DNA from: Alphaproteobacteria bacterium
GTDB lineage: Bacteria > Pseudomonadota > Alphaproteobacteria > JAJFIK01
Reading direction: 5' to 3'
DNA: 62,867 bases
NCBI GenBank assembly: GCA_046538635.1
Contig: JBKHIN010000001.1
Coordinates: 1 to 62,867, forward strand
Shown: piece after piece, positions 1-10,390 of the stretch
Layout of the letters: the number at the start of each line of letters is the position of its first letter
How positions within the stretch are numbered: the first letter of the stretch is position 1
Made by a program: the position numbers and the translations under genes
Notes under the pieces: model-generated
What the model was told of the DNA's origin: nothing
Database searches by the model: none
What the model saw: only the letters and a program-made list of their open reading frames with translations

Positions 1-85
1 GCCCCCGGGCTTTAGGACGCCGGCGGATCGACGAGCCTGCTGTCATTTCGGAAAACGCGAAAAAGGATGCGTTCATACCGGCGCG

Positions 86-1246
86 TCAGGCCGGATTTTC
101 CGCCGCGCCATATCCGGCGGACTGCATTTCCGCCAGCCTTGAGGCGGCGCGGCTGAAATCGGCGCTGCCGTCACCTTCAGTATAAAGCTCAATCGGCGGC
201 ACATCGGCTGACATGACCAGCCGCCGCCGCTTTTCGTACAGAGCGTCCACGAAGGTGATGAAGCGCCGTGCTTCGTTGCGCATGCCGGGATCCATTTTCG
301 GCACGCCGTCCACGAACACCGCCCGGAAGAGTTCCGCGAGGCGCAGATAGTCGGCTGCACCCAGCGGCTTTTCGAACAGATCCGCAAAGGAAAAGCGCGC
401 CATCCGGTTGGCCATGAGCGGAACGTGCAATGTGCGGCCCTTGAGCGATATGGTGCAGGGCGTGCCGACCTCTCCGCCTGTAAGCTCTCGCCATGCCCGG
501 TTCATGGCCCGGTCCGCCTTTGGGCCCAGGGGCGTGAAATAAACCTCCCGTCCGTTGAGGCGGCCCAGCCGGTAATCGTTCGGGCTGTCGAGGTGGAAAA
601 CATCCATGCGTGCTTTCAGCAGCTCGATGAAGGGCAGAAAAAGCTGGCGATTGAGGCCGTCCCTGTAAAGATCGTCCGGCGGCGTGTTGGAGGTGGCGAC
701 CACCACGATCCCGTCCTCGAACAGCGCTTCAAACAGACGGCCGAGCAGCATGGCGTCGGCCACGTCATTGACCTGGAATTCATCGAAGGCGAGCAGGGTG
801 ACGTCGCGTGACACCTGCCGCGCCACCGGCGGAATGGGATCGTCGCCCGTCGACCGGGGCAGGCCCAGTTCACGCAGACGCCGCCGCCGCTCGCGGTCGC
901 CGAGCCGCCGCCAGCCCGCGATGGCCTCGTGGATTTCCTGCATGAAGGCATGAAAATGCACGCGCCGTTTGGCAGTCAGCGGCGCCGTGTCGAAGAACAG
1001 GTCCATGAGCATGGACTTGCCCCGGCCCGCAGCGCCGCAAATGTAGAGCCCGCGAACCGGCTCGGTCCGGCCGCCGAAACGGAGCAGCCCGCTGCGCTGC
1101 TCAGGCGGCCGATAGCCACGGAGCGCACCATGCAATGCGTCGAGCCGCCGGGCCGCTTCCTCCTGCGCCGGATCATAGATCAGCGCGTCCTGCGCGAGTG
1201 CGGCGTGATAGCGTTGCATGGGCCCCCTCCGCCCGCGAGACGCCAT
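86..1246 (-). CDS. zapE: Cell division protein ZapE / AFG1-family ATPase
   Basis: 386-aa ORF with Walker A GAAGRGKS and Walker B LLAFDEFQV. Overall AFG1/ZapE-like length and layout. Confidence 0.85.
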   Translation of the reverse strand: MASRGRRGPMQRYHAALAQDALIYDPAQEEAARRLDALHGALRGYRPPEQRSGLLRFGGRTEPVRGLYICGAAGRGKSMLMDLFFDTAPLTAKRRVHFHAFMQEIHEAIAGWRRLGDRERRRRLRELGLPRSTGDDPIPPVARQVSRDVTLLAFDEFQVNDVADAMLLGRLFEALFEDGIVVVATSNTPPDDLYRDGLNRQLFLPFIELLKARMDVFHLDSPNDYRLGRLNGREVYFTPLGPKADRAMNRAWRELTGGEVGTPCTISLKGRTLHVPLMANRMARFSFADLFEKPLGAADYLRLAELFRAVFVDGVPKMDPGMRNEARRFITFVDALYEKRRRLVMSADVPPIELYTEGDGSADFSRAASRLAEMQSAGYGAAENPA

Positions 1247-1270
1247 GAGTTCCTCTCGATCTTCCGGGAT

Positions 1271-1438
1271 TTAGACCTCACCCCCGTAAGCTCCGGTAAT
1301 GACGGCTTCGAAACCGGCTTTTTCCGTGCCTGCCGCTCCGGACTTTGCCTCTCCGCTTTTCTCGCCACAGGCCGCCAGCAGCAGAATTGGGAGCAGAAAC
1401 AGCACGCCCCCATGCGCCCCCTTATTCATGGAATTCAT
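1271..1438 (-). CDS. Small putative lipoprotein (55 aa)
   Basis: Internal ATG at 1438 gives MNSMNKGAHGGVLFLLPILLLAAC..., a signal peptide plus lipobox L-A-A-C. Lies between zapE and mmsA. No family recognised. Confidence 0.45.
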   Translation of the reverse strand: MNSMNKGAHGGVLFLLPILLLAACGEKSGEAKSGAAGTEKAGFEAVITGAYGGEV

Positions 1439-1491
1439 GCCCCTTCTGACCCGGCAAATGGCGGGCGAAACCGCCCGCCCGTGCCCTCGTG

Positions 1492-2994
1492 TCACTTCAT
1501 CGTGGGAATCACGAAGTCCGCCCCGTCGCGCACGCCGCCGCGCGGCCAGCGTTGAGTCACGGTCTTGATCCTGGTGAAGAAGCGCACGCCCTCCGGCCCG
1601 TGCTGGTTCACGCCGCCGAAGGCGGAGCGCTTCCAGCCGCCGAATGTGTGGTAGGCGAGCGGCACGGGAATGGGCACGTTGATGCCTACCATGCCCACCT
1701 GGACACGCGAGGCGAACTCCCGCGCCGCGTCTCCCTCGCGCGTATAGACCGCCACACCGTTTCCATACTGATGTTCCGAGGGAAGCGCCACCGCCTCGTC
1801 AAAATCCTTCGCCCGTACGATGGAAAGCACCGGACCGAATATTTCATCGTGGTAGATGTCCATATCCGGCTTGACATGATCGAAGAGACAGCCGCCCATG
1901 AAGAAGCCGTCCTCATAGCCCTGGAGCGTGAAGTCGCGGCCGTCCACGACCAGTTCGGCGCCTTCCTTGACGCCCAGATCCACATAGCCCTTGACCTTTT
2001 CGCGGTGCTCGGCCGTGACCAGCGGACCGAAATGGGCATCGGGATCGTCCGAGGGCCCCACTTTCAGCTCTTCCACACGGGGCTTGAGGCGGCGAACCAG
2101 TTCATCCGCCAGTTCGTCCGTAACCGGAACGGCTACGGAAAGAGCCATGCAGCGCTCACCCGCCGAGCCGTAGCCCGCGCCGATGAGGTCATCCACGACC
2201 CGGTCGAGATCGGCATCAGGCAGGATGATGGCGTGATTCTTCGCTCCGCCCATCGCCTGCACGCGCTTGCCGTTCGCGGCGCCGGTCGAATAGATGTATT
2301 CGGCGACGGCCGAGGAACCCACGAAGCTGATCGCGTGAACGCGCTTGTCCGTAAGCAGCGTATCCACCGCTTCCTTGTCGCCCTGGACGACGTTCAGAAC
2401 GCCCTTCGGCGCACCCGCCTCCATCATCAGCTCGGCAAGACGAACGGGGACCGACGGATCCTTTTCAGATGGTTTGCACACAAACGTATTGCCGCAGGCG
2501 ATGGCGACGCCGAACATCCACATCGGAATCATGGCCGGGAAGTTGAACGGCGTGATGCCCGCGACCACGCCCAGCGGCTGGCGCATGGAATACATGTCGA
2601 TGCCCGGCCCCGCGCCCTCGGTAAAGTCGCCCTTCATCAAGTGCGGGATGCCACAGGCGAATTCGATAACCTCCAGCCCGCGCTGCACGTCGCCCTTGGC
2701 GTCGGGGACCGTCTTTCCGTGTTCGGATGAAAGCAACGCCGCCAGTTCGTCCATGTGTTTTTCGACGAGTTCCTTGAAGCGGAACATGACCCGTGCGCGC
2801 CGCTGCGGATTGGTCGCCGCCCACTCCGGAAAAGCGGCCTGCGCCGCCTCGATGGCCGTGCGCGCCTCATCCGCGCTTGCCAGCGCCACCTTCGCCTGGA
2901 CCTCGCCCTTCACGGGATGAAACACATCGCCGAAACGGCCCGACTTGCCCTCCTGATGCCCCCCATTGATGAAATGATGGATCTGCCTGGTCAT
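1492..2994 (-). CDS. mmsA: CoA-acylating methylmalonate-semialdehyde dehydrogenase
   Basis: 500-aa aldehyde dehydrogenase with an MmsA-type N-terminus (HFINGG...) and the catalytic region FNFPAMIPMWMF...CGNTFVCKPSEKDP. Confidence 0.9.
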   Translation of the reverse strand: MTRQIHHFINGGHQEGKSGRFGDVFHPVKGEVQAKVALASADEARTAIEAAQAAFPEWAATNPQRRARVMFRFKELVEKHMDELAALLSSEHGKTVPDAKGDVQRGLEVIEFACGIPHLMKGDFTEGAGPGIDMYSMRQPLGVVAGITPFNFPAMIPMWMFGVAIACGNTFVCKPSEKDPSVPVRLAELMMEAGAPKGVLNVVQGDKEAVDTLLTDKRVHAISFVGSSAVAEYIYSTGAANGKRVQAMGGAKNHAIILPDADLDRVVDDLIGAGYGSAGERCMALSVAVPVTDELADELVRRLKPRVEELKVGPSDDPDAHFGPLVTAEHREKVKGYVDLGVKEGAELVVDGRDFTLQGYEDGFFMGGCLFDHVKPDMDIYHDEIFGPVLSIVRAKDFDEAVALPSEHQYGNGVAVYTREGDAAREFASRVQVGMVGINVPIPVPLAYHTFGGWKRSAFGGVNQHGPEGVRFFTRIKTVTQRWPRGGVRDGADFVIPTMK

Positions 2995-3196
2995 GGTTCC
3001 TCACCTTCCTTCGGGGCCGGCGCTCGGCACGGCCGTTTGCCCGCCGCATCTTAACGGCGGCGCCGCGCCCGCGCAAAGAAGGCAGGGCGCGGCAAGTGCG
3101 CCCTCCATATCGCCCGTTGGAATCATTTCGGGTCCGGGAGGGGCGCGTTATAGTGTCGGCTCAAGCCCCGCCAGGGGCTCGGGGAGGGGAAAACTC

Positions 3197-4561
3197 ATGG
3201 GCAGGCAGCGCGGCCGCATTGCGGCATTTATCCTGATCGGCGTCACCGTCGGCATGGCGGCCGTCTTCTGGCCGCCGGGCAATTGGCGTGAGGGCGCGGG
3301 GCTGGCCCAGCGCTGGCTGCATCCCGCCCTCATCGGCGCAATGGAGTGGCTCTCCGATTCGCTCAGCGGCGTTTTTTATCTTACCGACCCCGTCGCCGCA
3401 CCGGATTGCGGCGACCCCGCCGCCGTGGAAGCCGTGCCGGACAGCCTGCGCTTCCGCTCTCAGGTGAAGCCCGGCAGCGAAATCGTGGTCGCAGCGGTAG
3501 GCGACCTCCTGATCCAGACCAGCCTGCAAAATCAGGCCGCCACGCATCCCTTCGGCTTCATGTCGCTCTGGCACGGCACGGCCGATCTGATGCGCAACGC
3601 CGACATCGCCTATGCCAACCTGGAAGGCACGGTGGCACAGGACATCGCGGTCGACGGCAGCATCAGCGAGAAGCCGGCGCCGCCCGGGGACCGGCACATC
3701 TATACCGGCTATCCGCAATACAATTATCCGCCAGCGATGCTGAACGCCCTGGCCGCCCTGGGCGTGGACGTGGTTTCGACCGCCAACAATCACGCCCTCG
3801 ACCGTTACTGGCGCGGCGTGGACCGCACGCTGGACGCCCTGAACAAGGCCGGGATCAAGGCCACGGGAACCCGCCGTTCGACGGAGAAACGGGACGTCTG
3901 GCATACGCTGACCGTAGCGAAAGGCAAGACCATTGCCTGGCTCGCCTGTTCCTACGGCACCAACGGCATTGCCGACACGAAGAACCAGGTGCTGCTGTGT
4001 TACAGGGATCGCGAGAAGGTGCTGAAGCTCATCGCCGGGCTGCGCGCCGACCCGCGTGTCGACGCCGTCATCCTGACACCGCACTGGGGGCGCGAATACA
4101 CGCACACGCCCGACGCCGCCCAGCGCATGCTTGCCCGCAAGGCCGTGGAGGCCGGCGCCCATGCCGTGATCGGCGCCCATCCCCATGTGGTCCAGCCCTG
4201 GGAAATCCACCGGACGTCATCCGGCCATGAAGGCCTGATTGCCTATTCCACCAGCAATTTCGTGGGCGGCTACCGCTCGCTTGCGCGGCGGACGGCGCTG
4301 ATCGTCCTGATCGGCCTGGGCGAAACGGAGGACGGGCGGCTGGCGGTCGGGGGCGCGCGGTACGTTCCCTTGCGCATGACCTTCAACGCACCCGCTGCTT
4401 CCGGACGCATCAGCGTGCAGGCCATCGACCGCATCGGGCCCGTGGGCCGCGCCAACCGGGCACACATCACGCAGATCGTACCCGCCGGGCTGATCCATCC
4501 GCCGCGCACGCCGCTTTCCGCCCTTGCTCCCTGCCCGGCGCCCGAAATTCTCACGGGCTAG
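3197..4561 (+). CDS. CapA/PGA_cap-family metallophosphoesterase-like protein with N-terminal membrane anchor
   Basis: ATG at 3197 is preceded by GGGGAGGGGA. One N-terminal TM segment. Motifs VGDLLIQ, YANLEGT, STANNHALD, PHWGREY and IGAHPHVVQ are typical of the CapA family. Confidence 0.75.
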   Translation: MGRQRGRIAAFILIGVTVGMAAVFWPPGNWREGAGLAQRWLHPALIGAMEWLSDSLSGVFYLTDPVAAPDCGDPAAVEAVPDSLRFRSQVKPGSEIVVAAVGDLLIQTSLQNQAATHPFGFMSLWHGTADLMRNADIAYANLEGTVAQDIAVDGSISEKPAPPGDRHIYTGYPQYNYPPAMLNALAALGVDVVSTANNHALDRYWRGVDRTLDALNKAGIKATGTRRSTEKRDVWHTLTVAKGKTIAWLACSYGTNGIADTKNQVLLCYRDREKVLKLIAGLRADPRVDAVILTPHWGREYTHTPDAAQRMLARKAVEAGAHAVIGAHPHVVQPWEIHRTSSGHEGLIAYSTSNFVGGYRSLARRTALIVLIGLGETEDGRLAVGGARYVPLRMTFNAPAASGRISVQAIDRIGPVGRANRAHITQIVPAGLIHPPRTPLSALAPCPAPEILTG

Positions 4562-4636
4562 CACAGAGCGCCCTTACGCTTCGTGATCAGAGGACTTGCG
4601 TGGCAAATCAAGCTCGGCGTGCGCATGCCGGCCTCT

Positions 4637-5167
4637 TCATGGCGTCTCATCCGTCCGTTCGTAATGGATGACCCAGCGATCTTCCCACGTCTTGCCGCCG
4701 TCCTTGCTTTGCTGCCAATGCCAGTCGAGGCTGTCTTCCTTCACATTCTTCCAGATCATGCGCATTGTCCGGTCATCGGCGGCGTTGTCGAGGCGGAACC
4801 GAAACCCTTCCGCAGACGGACCGCCCTTGAACGGCAGGTAGTTCCCCGAATTGTCCACCCAGGTCTGACGCCAGGTTCCGGCCTTGGCGTCGTATGTGGA
4901 CACGCTCATTCCGGCAAAGGGGCGCTCTCCGCCCAGCACCGTAAAGCGTTCCTCGATCACGCAATCATCCAGCGAGTTGGTGATAACATTCCGGCCCCTG
5001 CCCGCTTCACCGTCCCGAGTCCAGCTCAGATCCCAGGTGCCCACCCAGAAATCGAGCTGGCGGAATTCCGGCGCCGAGCAAGGCGGCGTTTTCTTTTCCT
5101 CCTGCGCAGAAGCCGCAGGCGTGAACAACAGAGCGGCAGCCGCCGCCAGATAAAGCAAAATCTTCAT
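4637..5167 (-). CDS. Secreted hypothetical protein
   Basis: 176-aa ORF with a clear signal peptide (MKILLYLAAAAALLFTPAASAQ). Trp-rich mature region. Family not assignable by eye. Confidence 0.6.
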   Translation of the reverse strand: MKILLYLAAAAALLFTPAASAQEEKKTPPCSAPEFRQLDFWVGTWDLSWTRDGEAGRGRNVITNSLDDCVIEERFTVLGGERPFAGMSVSTYDAKAGTWRQTWVDNSGNYLPFKGGPSAEGFRFRLDNAADDRTMRMIWKNVKEDSLDWHWQQSKDGGKTWEDRWVIHYERTDETP

Positions 5168-5398
5168 GCCGGTTCGCCCTCCAAACGCGTCTCGACCAGC
5201 CTAAGCCCCCGGACGTGCACAAAGGAGAGCCAATCTGCGAACGGACGGAGGTCCAATGAAGGGAACGGAAAGACGGGCGCCCAGAAGCGGCCACAATGTT
5301 CCAAGGTTTCATAAACCGGCTTCGGGCAAACTCCGCGCACATTATGAGCAAGGACCGCTCATTGCGGCGACAACCCACGGATCTGAAAGGAACTTCCG

Positions 5399-5923
5399 AT
5401 GCGATTGCTCAATCTGGTTTCGGGTATCACGGTAGCGCTGAGTCTGGCTCTGGCGGGAACCCTGGCCCAGGGTGCGCAGGAACAGCAGCAGCGCGGAATG
5501 CAACGGGACGGCATTCTCGAAACGGCGAGGGGAACCGGCCAGTTCAACACCCTCGTCCAGGCGCTCGAGAAGTCCGGCCTCGCCCAGGAACTCGAACGGG
5601 GAGGTCCGTACACCATCTTCGCGCCCACCGACGCCGCGTTCAACAAGCTGGGCAAACAGAAGGTGAATGACCTCATGAAGCCGGAGAACAAGGACCAACT
5701 GGCCGAAATTCTCAAATATCATGTGGTCCGGGGCGAAGTGAAGGCCGGGGACGTTTCCGGCAAGAGAATGCGCGCCGAAACGCTGGAAGGCGGCAGGTTG
5801 CAGATCAATGCCAAGGACCGGCGCGTGGTCCGGATCAATGAAGCCCAGGTGACCCAGCCGGACATTCCCGCCCAGAACGGCGTCATCCATGCCGTGGACG
5901 AAGTGCTGATGCCCAAGGGCTGA
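5399..5923 (+). CDS. Fasciclin (FAS1) domain protein, secreted
   Basis: Signal peptide followed by FAS1 motifs TIFAPTDAAF, LKYHVV and NGVIHAVDEVLMP. AAGGAA RBS upstream. Confidence 0.85.
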   Translation: MRLLNLVSGITVALSLALAGTLAQGAQEQQQRGMQRDGILETARGTGQFNTLVQALEKSGLAQELERGGPYTIFAPTDAAFNKLGKQKVNDLMKPENKDQLAEILKYHVVRGEVKAGDVSGKRMRAETLEGGRLQINAKDRRVVRINEAQVTQPDIPAQNGVIHAVDEVLMPKG

Positions 5924-5948
5924 ATTCTGTACAGATTGATTGCACAAA

Positions 5949-5974
5949 CCCGTCGGGCATCGCCGCCCGGCGGG
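5949..5974. terminator. Bidirectional hairpin between the fasciclin gene and sdhB
   Basis: 10-bp stem CCCGTCGGGC/GCCCGGCGGG (one G-T wobble) with a 6-nt loop. Flanked by ACAAA on one side and TTAT on the other. Sits between convergent stop codons. Confidence 0.5.
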
Positions 5975-6022
5975 TTATGAGCCGGCGCACCAAACCACTG
6001 CGGCAGACAGCCCTCTACCTGC

Positions 6023-6817
6023 CTAGATCGACCGTTCCGCAAGCAGCTTCTTGGTTTCCGCGATGGCCTTGGCCGGATCCAGGTCCTTCGGGCAGACATG
6101 GGTGCAGTTCATGATGGTGTGGCAGCGGTAGAGCCGGTACGGATCCTCCAGCTGGTCAAGGCGCTTGCCCGTGGCTTCGTCGCGGCTGTCGATGATCCAG
6201 CGATAGGCCTGCAGCAAGGCCGCGGGCCCCAGATAGCGGTCCGGATTCCACCAGTAGGAGGGGCAGGACGTCGTGCAGCAGAAGCACAGAATGCACTCGT
6301 AGAGGCCGTTGAGCTTTTCCCGGTCTTCCGGCGTCTGCCGCCATTCCCTTTCCGGGTCGGGCGTATCCGTCTGCAGCCAGGGCTGGATGAAGTCATATTG
6401 CGCGATGGCATGGGTGAGGTCGGGCACGAGGTCCTTCACCACCTTCATGTGCGGCAGCGGATAGACCGAAATGGTGCCGGAATAATCATTGATCGCCTTC
6501 GTACAGGCGAGCGTATTGCGCCCGTTGATGTTAAAGGCGCAGGAGCCGCACACGCCCTCGCGGCAGGAGCGCCGGAAGGCCAGCGTGGGATCCATCTCGT
6601 TCTTGATCTTGATGACCGCGTCCAGAACCATGGGCCCGCAGGTCTCCAGATCGACCTCGAACGTGTCCTGGCGCGGGTTCTGGCCCGCCTCCGGATCCCA
6701 CCGGTAAATCTTGAACTTCCTGGTCTTCTTCGGGCGCGAACCGTCGGCACGGGCGGGCGCTTTAACCGTCTTTCCCTTGCGGACCCGGGAATTTCTGGGC
6801 AGTGCGAGCTCAACCAT
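6023..6817 (-). CDS. sdhB: Succinate dehydrogenase iron-sulfur subunit
   Basis: 264 aa with three Cys clusters ([33 protein letters not shown]). Confidence 0.95.
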   Translation of the reverse strand: MVELALPRNSRVRKGKTVKAPARADGSRPKKTRKFKIYRWDPEAGQNPRQDTFEVDLETCGPMVLDAVIKIKNEMDPTLAFRRSCREGVCGSCAFNINGRNTLACTKAINDYSGTISVYPLPHMKVVKDLVPDLTHAIAQYDFIQPWLQTDTPDPEREWRQTPEDREKLNGLYECILCFCCTTSCPSYWWNPDRYLGPAALLQAYRWIIDSRDEATGKRLDQLEDPYRLYRCHTIMNCTHVCPKDLDPAKAIAETKKLLAERSI

Positions 6818-6865
6818 GTAAGGGCTCCCGATTCGTTCCCGCCGGAACCGCCGGCGGAACCGCTC

Positions 6866-8647
6866 TCAATAAACCCGCTTCTGGGGCGGAAAATACTGCA
6901 CATCGTTCGTCAGGGTGCGGGCATGCACCGGCCGGTAATCGAGCCGGCTTTCGCCGTCCGACCACCAGGACAGCGTGTGCTTCATCCAGTTCTCGTCGTC
7001 GCGTTCCGCGAAGTCCTCGCGGGCATGCGCGCCCCGGCTCTCGGTACGGTTGGCGGCGCTGTCCACGGTCACCATGGCCTGGCAAAGGAGATTGTCGAAT
7101 TCCAGCGTCTCGACCAGATCGGAATTCCAGATCATGGAGCGATCGACGACCTTGATGTCGTTGACGCTTTGATAGACCTCGCGGATCTTCCGTTGCCCCT
7201 CCTCGAGAATTTCCGCGGTGCGGAAGACGGCACAATTGGTCTGCATGGTGCGCTGCATGGCCAGGCGAAGCTCGGAGGTGAGCGTGTCGCCGTCGGCATG
7301 GCGGAAGCGGTCGAGCCGGGCGAGCGCCTCATCGCCCGCCTCCGCCGGCAGGTCCGGCTGGGCGCCGCGCTCCACGGTTTCCGCACAGCGATCGGCCGCC
7401 GCGCGGCCGAACACCACCAGATCGATCAGGGAATTGGACCCCAGCCGGTTGGCGCCGTGAACGGAAACGCACGCCGCCTCTCCTACCGCCATCAGGCCGG
7501 GAACGACCCTGTCCGGCTCACCGTCTTTCAGAGTCACGACCTCTCCGTGATAATTCGTCGGTATACCGCCCATATTGTAGTGCACGGTAGGCAGGACCGG
7601 GATCGGCTTCTTCGTGACGTCCACGCCCGAGAAAATGCGCGCGGACTCGCTGATGCCGGGAAGACGGTCGGCCAGCACCCTGGGATCGATGTGGTCGAGA
7701 TGCAGGTTGATATGGTCGCCTTCCTTGCCCACGCCTCTCCCTTCGCGGATCTCGATGGTCATGGCCCGCGAAACCACGTCCCGCGAGGCCAGGTCCTTGG
7801 CCGAGGGCGCGTAACGCTCCATGAACCGTTCGCCCTCGGAATTGGTGAGATAGCCGCCTTCACCCCGCGCCCCTTCGGTAATCAGGACACCGGCGCCATA
7901 AATCCCGGTCGGATGGAACTGCACGAATTCCATGTCCTGAAGCGGCAGGCCGGCGCGCAGCACCATCCCCGATCCGTCGCCGGTGGACGTGTGCGCGGAG
8001 GTGCACGAGAAATAGGCCCGTCCGTACCCGCCTGTGGCCAGCACCACGCGCTTGGCGGCAAAACGGTGAATGCTGCCGTCGTCCAGGTTCCAGGCCATGA
8101 CGCCCCGGCAAGCGCCTTCGGAATCCATGATGAGATCGAGGGCGAAATATTCGATGAAGAATTCCACCGAATTCCGCACGGACTGGCCGTAAAGGGTGTG
8201 CAGGATCGCGTGACCCGTGCGGTCGGCGGCGGCGCAGGTGCGCTGCACGGAGCCCTCGCCGTAATTGCGCGTCATGCCGCCGAAGGCGCGCTGATAGATC
8301 CGGCCGTCCTCCGTCCGCGAAAAGGGCACGCCCCAGTGTTCCAGCTCGTAAACGGCCTCGGGGGCGTTACGGCACAGATATTCGATGGCGTCCTGATCGC
8401 CCAGCCAGTCCGACCCCTTTACGGTGTCGTACATGTGCCAGCGCCAGTCATCCTCCCCCATATTGCCCAGAGCTGCGGAGATGCCGCCCTGTGCAGCCAC
8501 CGTATGGGAGCGTGTGGGGAATACCTTGGTGATGTTGGCGGTCCTCAGGCCGGCCTGGGCCGCACCGAGTGTCGCCCGCAGGCCGGAGCCGCCTGCGCCC
8601 ACCACCACCACGTCGAACTTGTGATCGATGACTTCATATGCCGGCAT
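6866..8647 (-). CDS. sdhA: Succinate dehydrogenase flavoprotein subunit
   Basis: 593 aa with FAD motif [13 protein letters not shown], the covalent-FAD His region [10 protein letters not shown], and a conserved SdhA C-terminus. Confidence 0.97.
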   Translation of the reverse strand: MPAYEVIDHKFDVVVVGAGGSGLRATLGAAQAGLRTANITKVFPTRSHTVAAQGGISAALGNMGEDDWRWHMYDTVKGSDWLGDQDAIEYLCRNAPEAVYELEHWGVPFSRTEDGRIYQRAFGGMTRNYGEGSVQRTCAAADRTGHAILHTLYGQSVRNSVEFFIEYFALDLIMDSEGACRGVMAWNLDDGSIHRFAAKRVVLATGGYGRAYFSCTSAHTSTGDGSGMVLRAGLPLQDMEFVQFHPTGIYGAGVLITEGARGEGGYLTNSEGERFMERYAPSAKDLASRDVVSRAMTIEIREGRGVGKEGDHINLHLDHIDPRVLADRLPGISESARIFSGVDVTKKPIPVLPTVHYNMGGIPTNYHGEVVTLKDGEPDRVVPGLMAVGEAACVSVHGANRLGSNSLIDLVVFGRAAADRCAETVERGAQPDLPAEAGDEALARLDRFRHADGDTLTSELRLAMQRTMQTNCAVFRTAEILEEGQRKIREVYQSVNDIKVVDRSMIWNSDLVETLEFDNLLCQAMVTVDSAANRTESRGAHAREDFAERDDENWMKHTLSWWSDGESRLDYRPVHARTLTNDVQYFPPQKRVY

Positions 8648-8656
8648 GGCCGTTCC

Positions 8657-9049
8657 TCACGAGGTGAAGCTGATGCGCAGGAGGGCCAGCACGCTGACCA
8701 GACCCACCAGGACCGCCAGGAAATTGACGACAAGCTTCAGAAAGACACGGCTGCCCGGCTTGCCGATGTAATCCTCTATGATCACGCCGAGCCCCAGGGA
8801 CATGTGATAGAGCGAGGCAAGGGTGAAAAAGATCATCAGGACCGTCACCACCGGATGCGCCAGATAGGCGATCATCGTGGGATAGTCCGCACCCGCATAG
8901 GCGACGATCGAGGCCAGCAGGAATACCATCAGCGGGATCAGGAAAATGGCGCTGACGCGCTCGGCAATCCAGTGGCCGATGGCGTGCCCCGACGATCCCA
9001 GGCCGCGCGCCTTCTTCAGCGGCGTATAGATATGTTCCGAATCGCTCAT
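8657..9049 (-). CDS. sdhD: Succinate dehydrogenase membrane anchor subunit
   Basis: ATG at 9049 (MSDSEH...) overlaps the sdhC stop in an ATGA arrangement. Three TM helices. Position in the sdhCDAB order fits. Confidence 0.85.
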   Translation of the reverse strand: MSDSEHIYTPLKKARGLGSSGHAIGHWIAERVSAIFLIPLMVFLLASIVAYAGADYPTMIAYLAHPVVTVLMIFFTLASLYHMSLGLGVIIEDYIGKPGSRVFLKLVVNFLAVLVGLVSVLALLRISFTS

Positions 9050-9465
9050 AGCGCGCCTCCCCGCCAGGCATAGGCCGCCACCCAGATCAGCACCGTTACG
9101 GCAACCGCGCTGAAGATCACCAGAACGCTGACCGGCCACAGCTTCTCTCTGCCGAACCCGATTCCGGCGTCCCAGCACAAATGCCGGATGCCGCTTATCG
9201 TGTGGTACACGGCCGCAAACGTGAATCCGAACAGCACCACGAGGCCAATCGGATGACCGGCGGCGCGCTGGAAGACCGCATAGGCTTCCGGGCCCATGGC
9301 GGCGCTCACGAACCAGGCGGCCAGAAAAATCATGCCGAAGGAAAGCGCGACACCCATGATCCGGTGCAGGATGGATGTCAGCATCGAGAGGTGCCAGCGC
9401 CAGTGCCATAGAAACGGCGAGAGCGGCCGGTTATCACCGGCCCCGGATTCGGACGTGGTGGCCAT
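9046..9465 (-). CDS. sdhC: Succinate dehydrogenase cytochrome b556 subunit
   Basis: 139 aa with RPLSPFLWHWRWHL and ILHRIMG motifs. First gene of the sdhCDAB order. Confidence 0.9.
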   Translation of the reverse strand: MATTSESGAGDNRPLSPFLWHWRWHLSMLTSILHRIMGVALSFGMIFLAAWFVSAAMGPEAYAVFQRAAGHPIGLVVLFGFTFAAVYHTISGIRHLCWDAGIGFGREKLWPVSVLVIFSAVAVTVLIWVAAYAWRGGAL

Positions 9466-9770
9466 TACGATGCTCCCCGTGAAAGTGCGTCCGGACAGGA
9501 CGTGGCGTCCCGAAAGCGCACGAACGTTTGACGTGTGAGCGCCAGGACCGTGCTTTACTCCTCGGACAGAAACGACCCCTCCAAAGCGGTTGCGAGTGTA
9601 GAATCTGCCCTTGCTAAGTCAAATGCCCGGGGAACCTGCCCCGGCAAGTGCGCGCGGCATTGTGACCCGAAAGTGTCCGGGAAACCGCGCCGCCCATGTT
9701 GCTGCGGGCCCTCCCCTGTTCCAGATTGTCCGCTGCTGACATCTCCGCCCCAAGCGAGGAGAGTATTCCT

Positions 9771-10385
9771 ATGGACCTGTTCCGTCCCGCAGCGCGCCTC
9801 CGGACGGCCATGGCGGGAGCCATGACATGCGTTTGCCTGTACACGGCCGCTCCCGCATTCGAAGAGAATGAGGCCGCGGGGGATTACGTCCTTGATCAGG
9901 ATCATGCCGCCCTTTTGTGGAAGGTAAATCATCTGGGGTTTTCGGATTATGTGGGACGCTTCAACTCATTCGATGCAGAGCTGAGTTTCGATCCGGAGTT
10001 TCCGACAGCCGCGAAGCTCGAGGTGACGGTCGACGCCGCCTCGCTGGACGTGAACAATCCGGACTTTGCACGAGAACTGCGCGGCGAGAAATGGTTCGAC
10101 GTGCGTGCTCATCCCGGGATCCGGTTCGTCAGCACGGGCATCGAACAGACCGGTCCTGAAAAGGGCAAGGTAACCGGCAATCTCACCTTAATGGGGCGCA
10201 CCCGGCCGGTGACGCTTGACGTGGAATTGACGGGCCAGGGCCGCCACATCCAGACAGGCCTCTATACGCTCGGTTTTAAAGCCACGGGCACGGTGGACAG
10301 GACCGACTTCGGGCTGGACCGCATGACGCCGCTGATCGGCAGCGACGTCACGCTCGAGATTCATGCGGAATTCACGCAGCGATAA
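9771..10385 (+). CDS. YceI-family periplasmic polyisoprenoid-binding-like protein
   Basis: ATG at 9771 after GCGAGGAGAG. YceI-like pattern: GFSDYVGRFNSFD, HPGIRFVS, GNLTLMGRTRPVTLDV and DRTDFGL. Confidence 0.8.
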   Translation: MDLFRPAARLRTAMAGAMTCVCLYTAAPAFEENEAAGDYVLDQDHAALLWKVNHLGFSDYVGRFNSFDAELSFDPEFPTAAKLEVTVDAASLDVNNPDFARELRGEKWFDVRAHPGIRFVSTGIEQTGPEKGKVTGNLTLMGRTRPVTLDVELTGQGRHIQTGLYTLGFKATGTVDRTDFGLDRMTPLIGSDVTLEIHAEFTQR

Positions 10386-10390
10386 CGCCG

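Noticed and set aside
6098-9073. 991-aa plus-strand ORF covering the whole sdhB-sdhA-sdhD region
   Set aside because: It is antisense to unmistakable sdh genes. The translation is Arg/Gly/Ala/Pro/His-rich with no recognisable domains. This is a typical high-GC shadow ORF.
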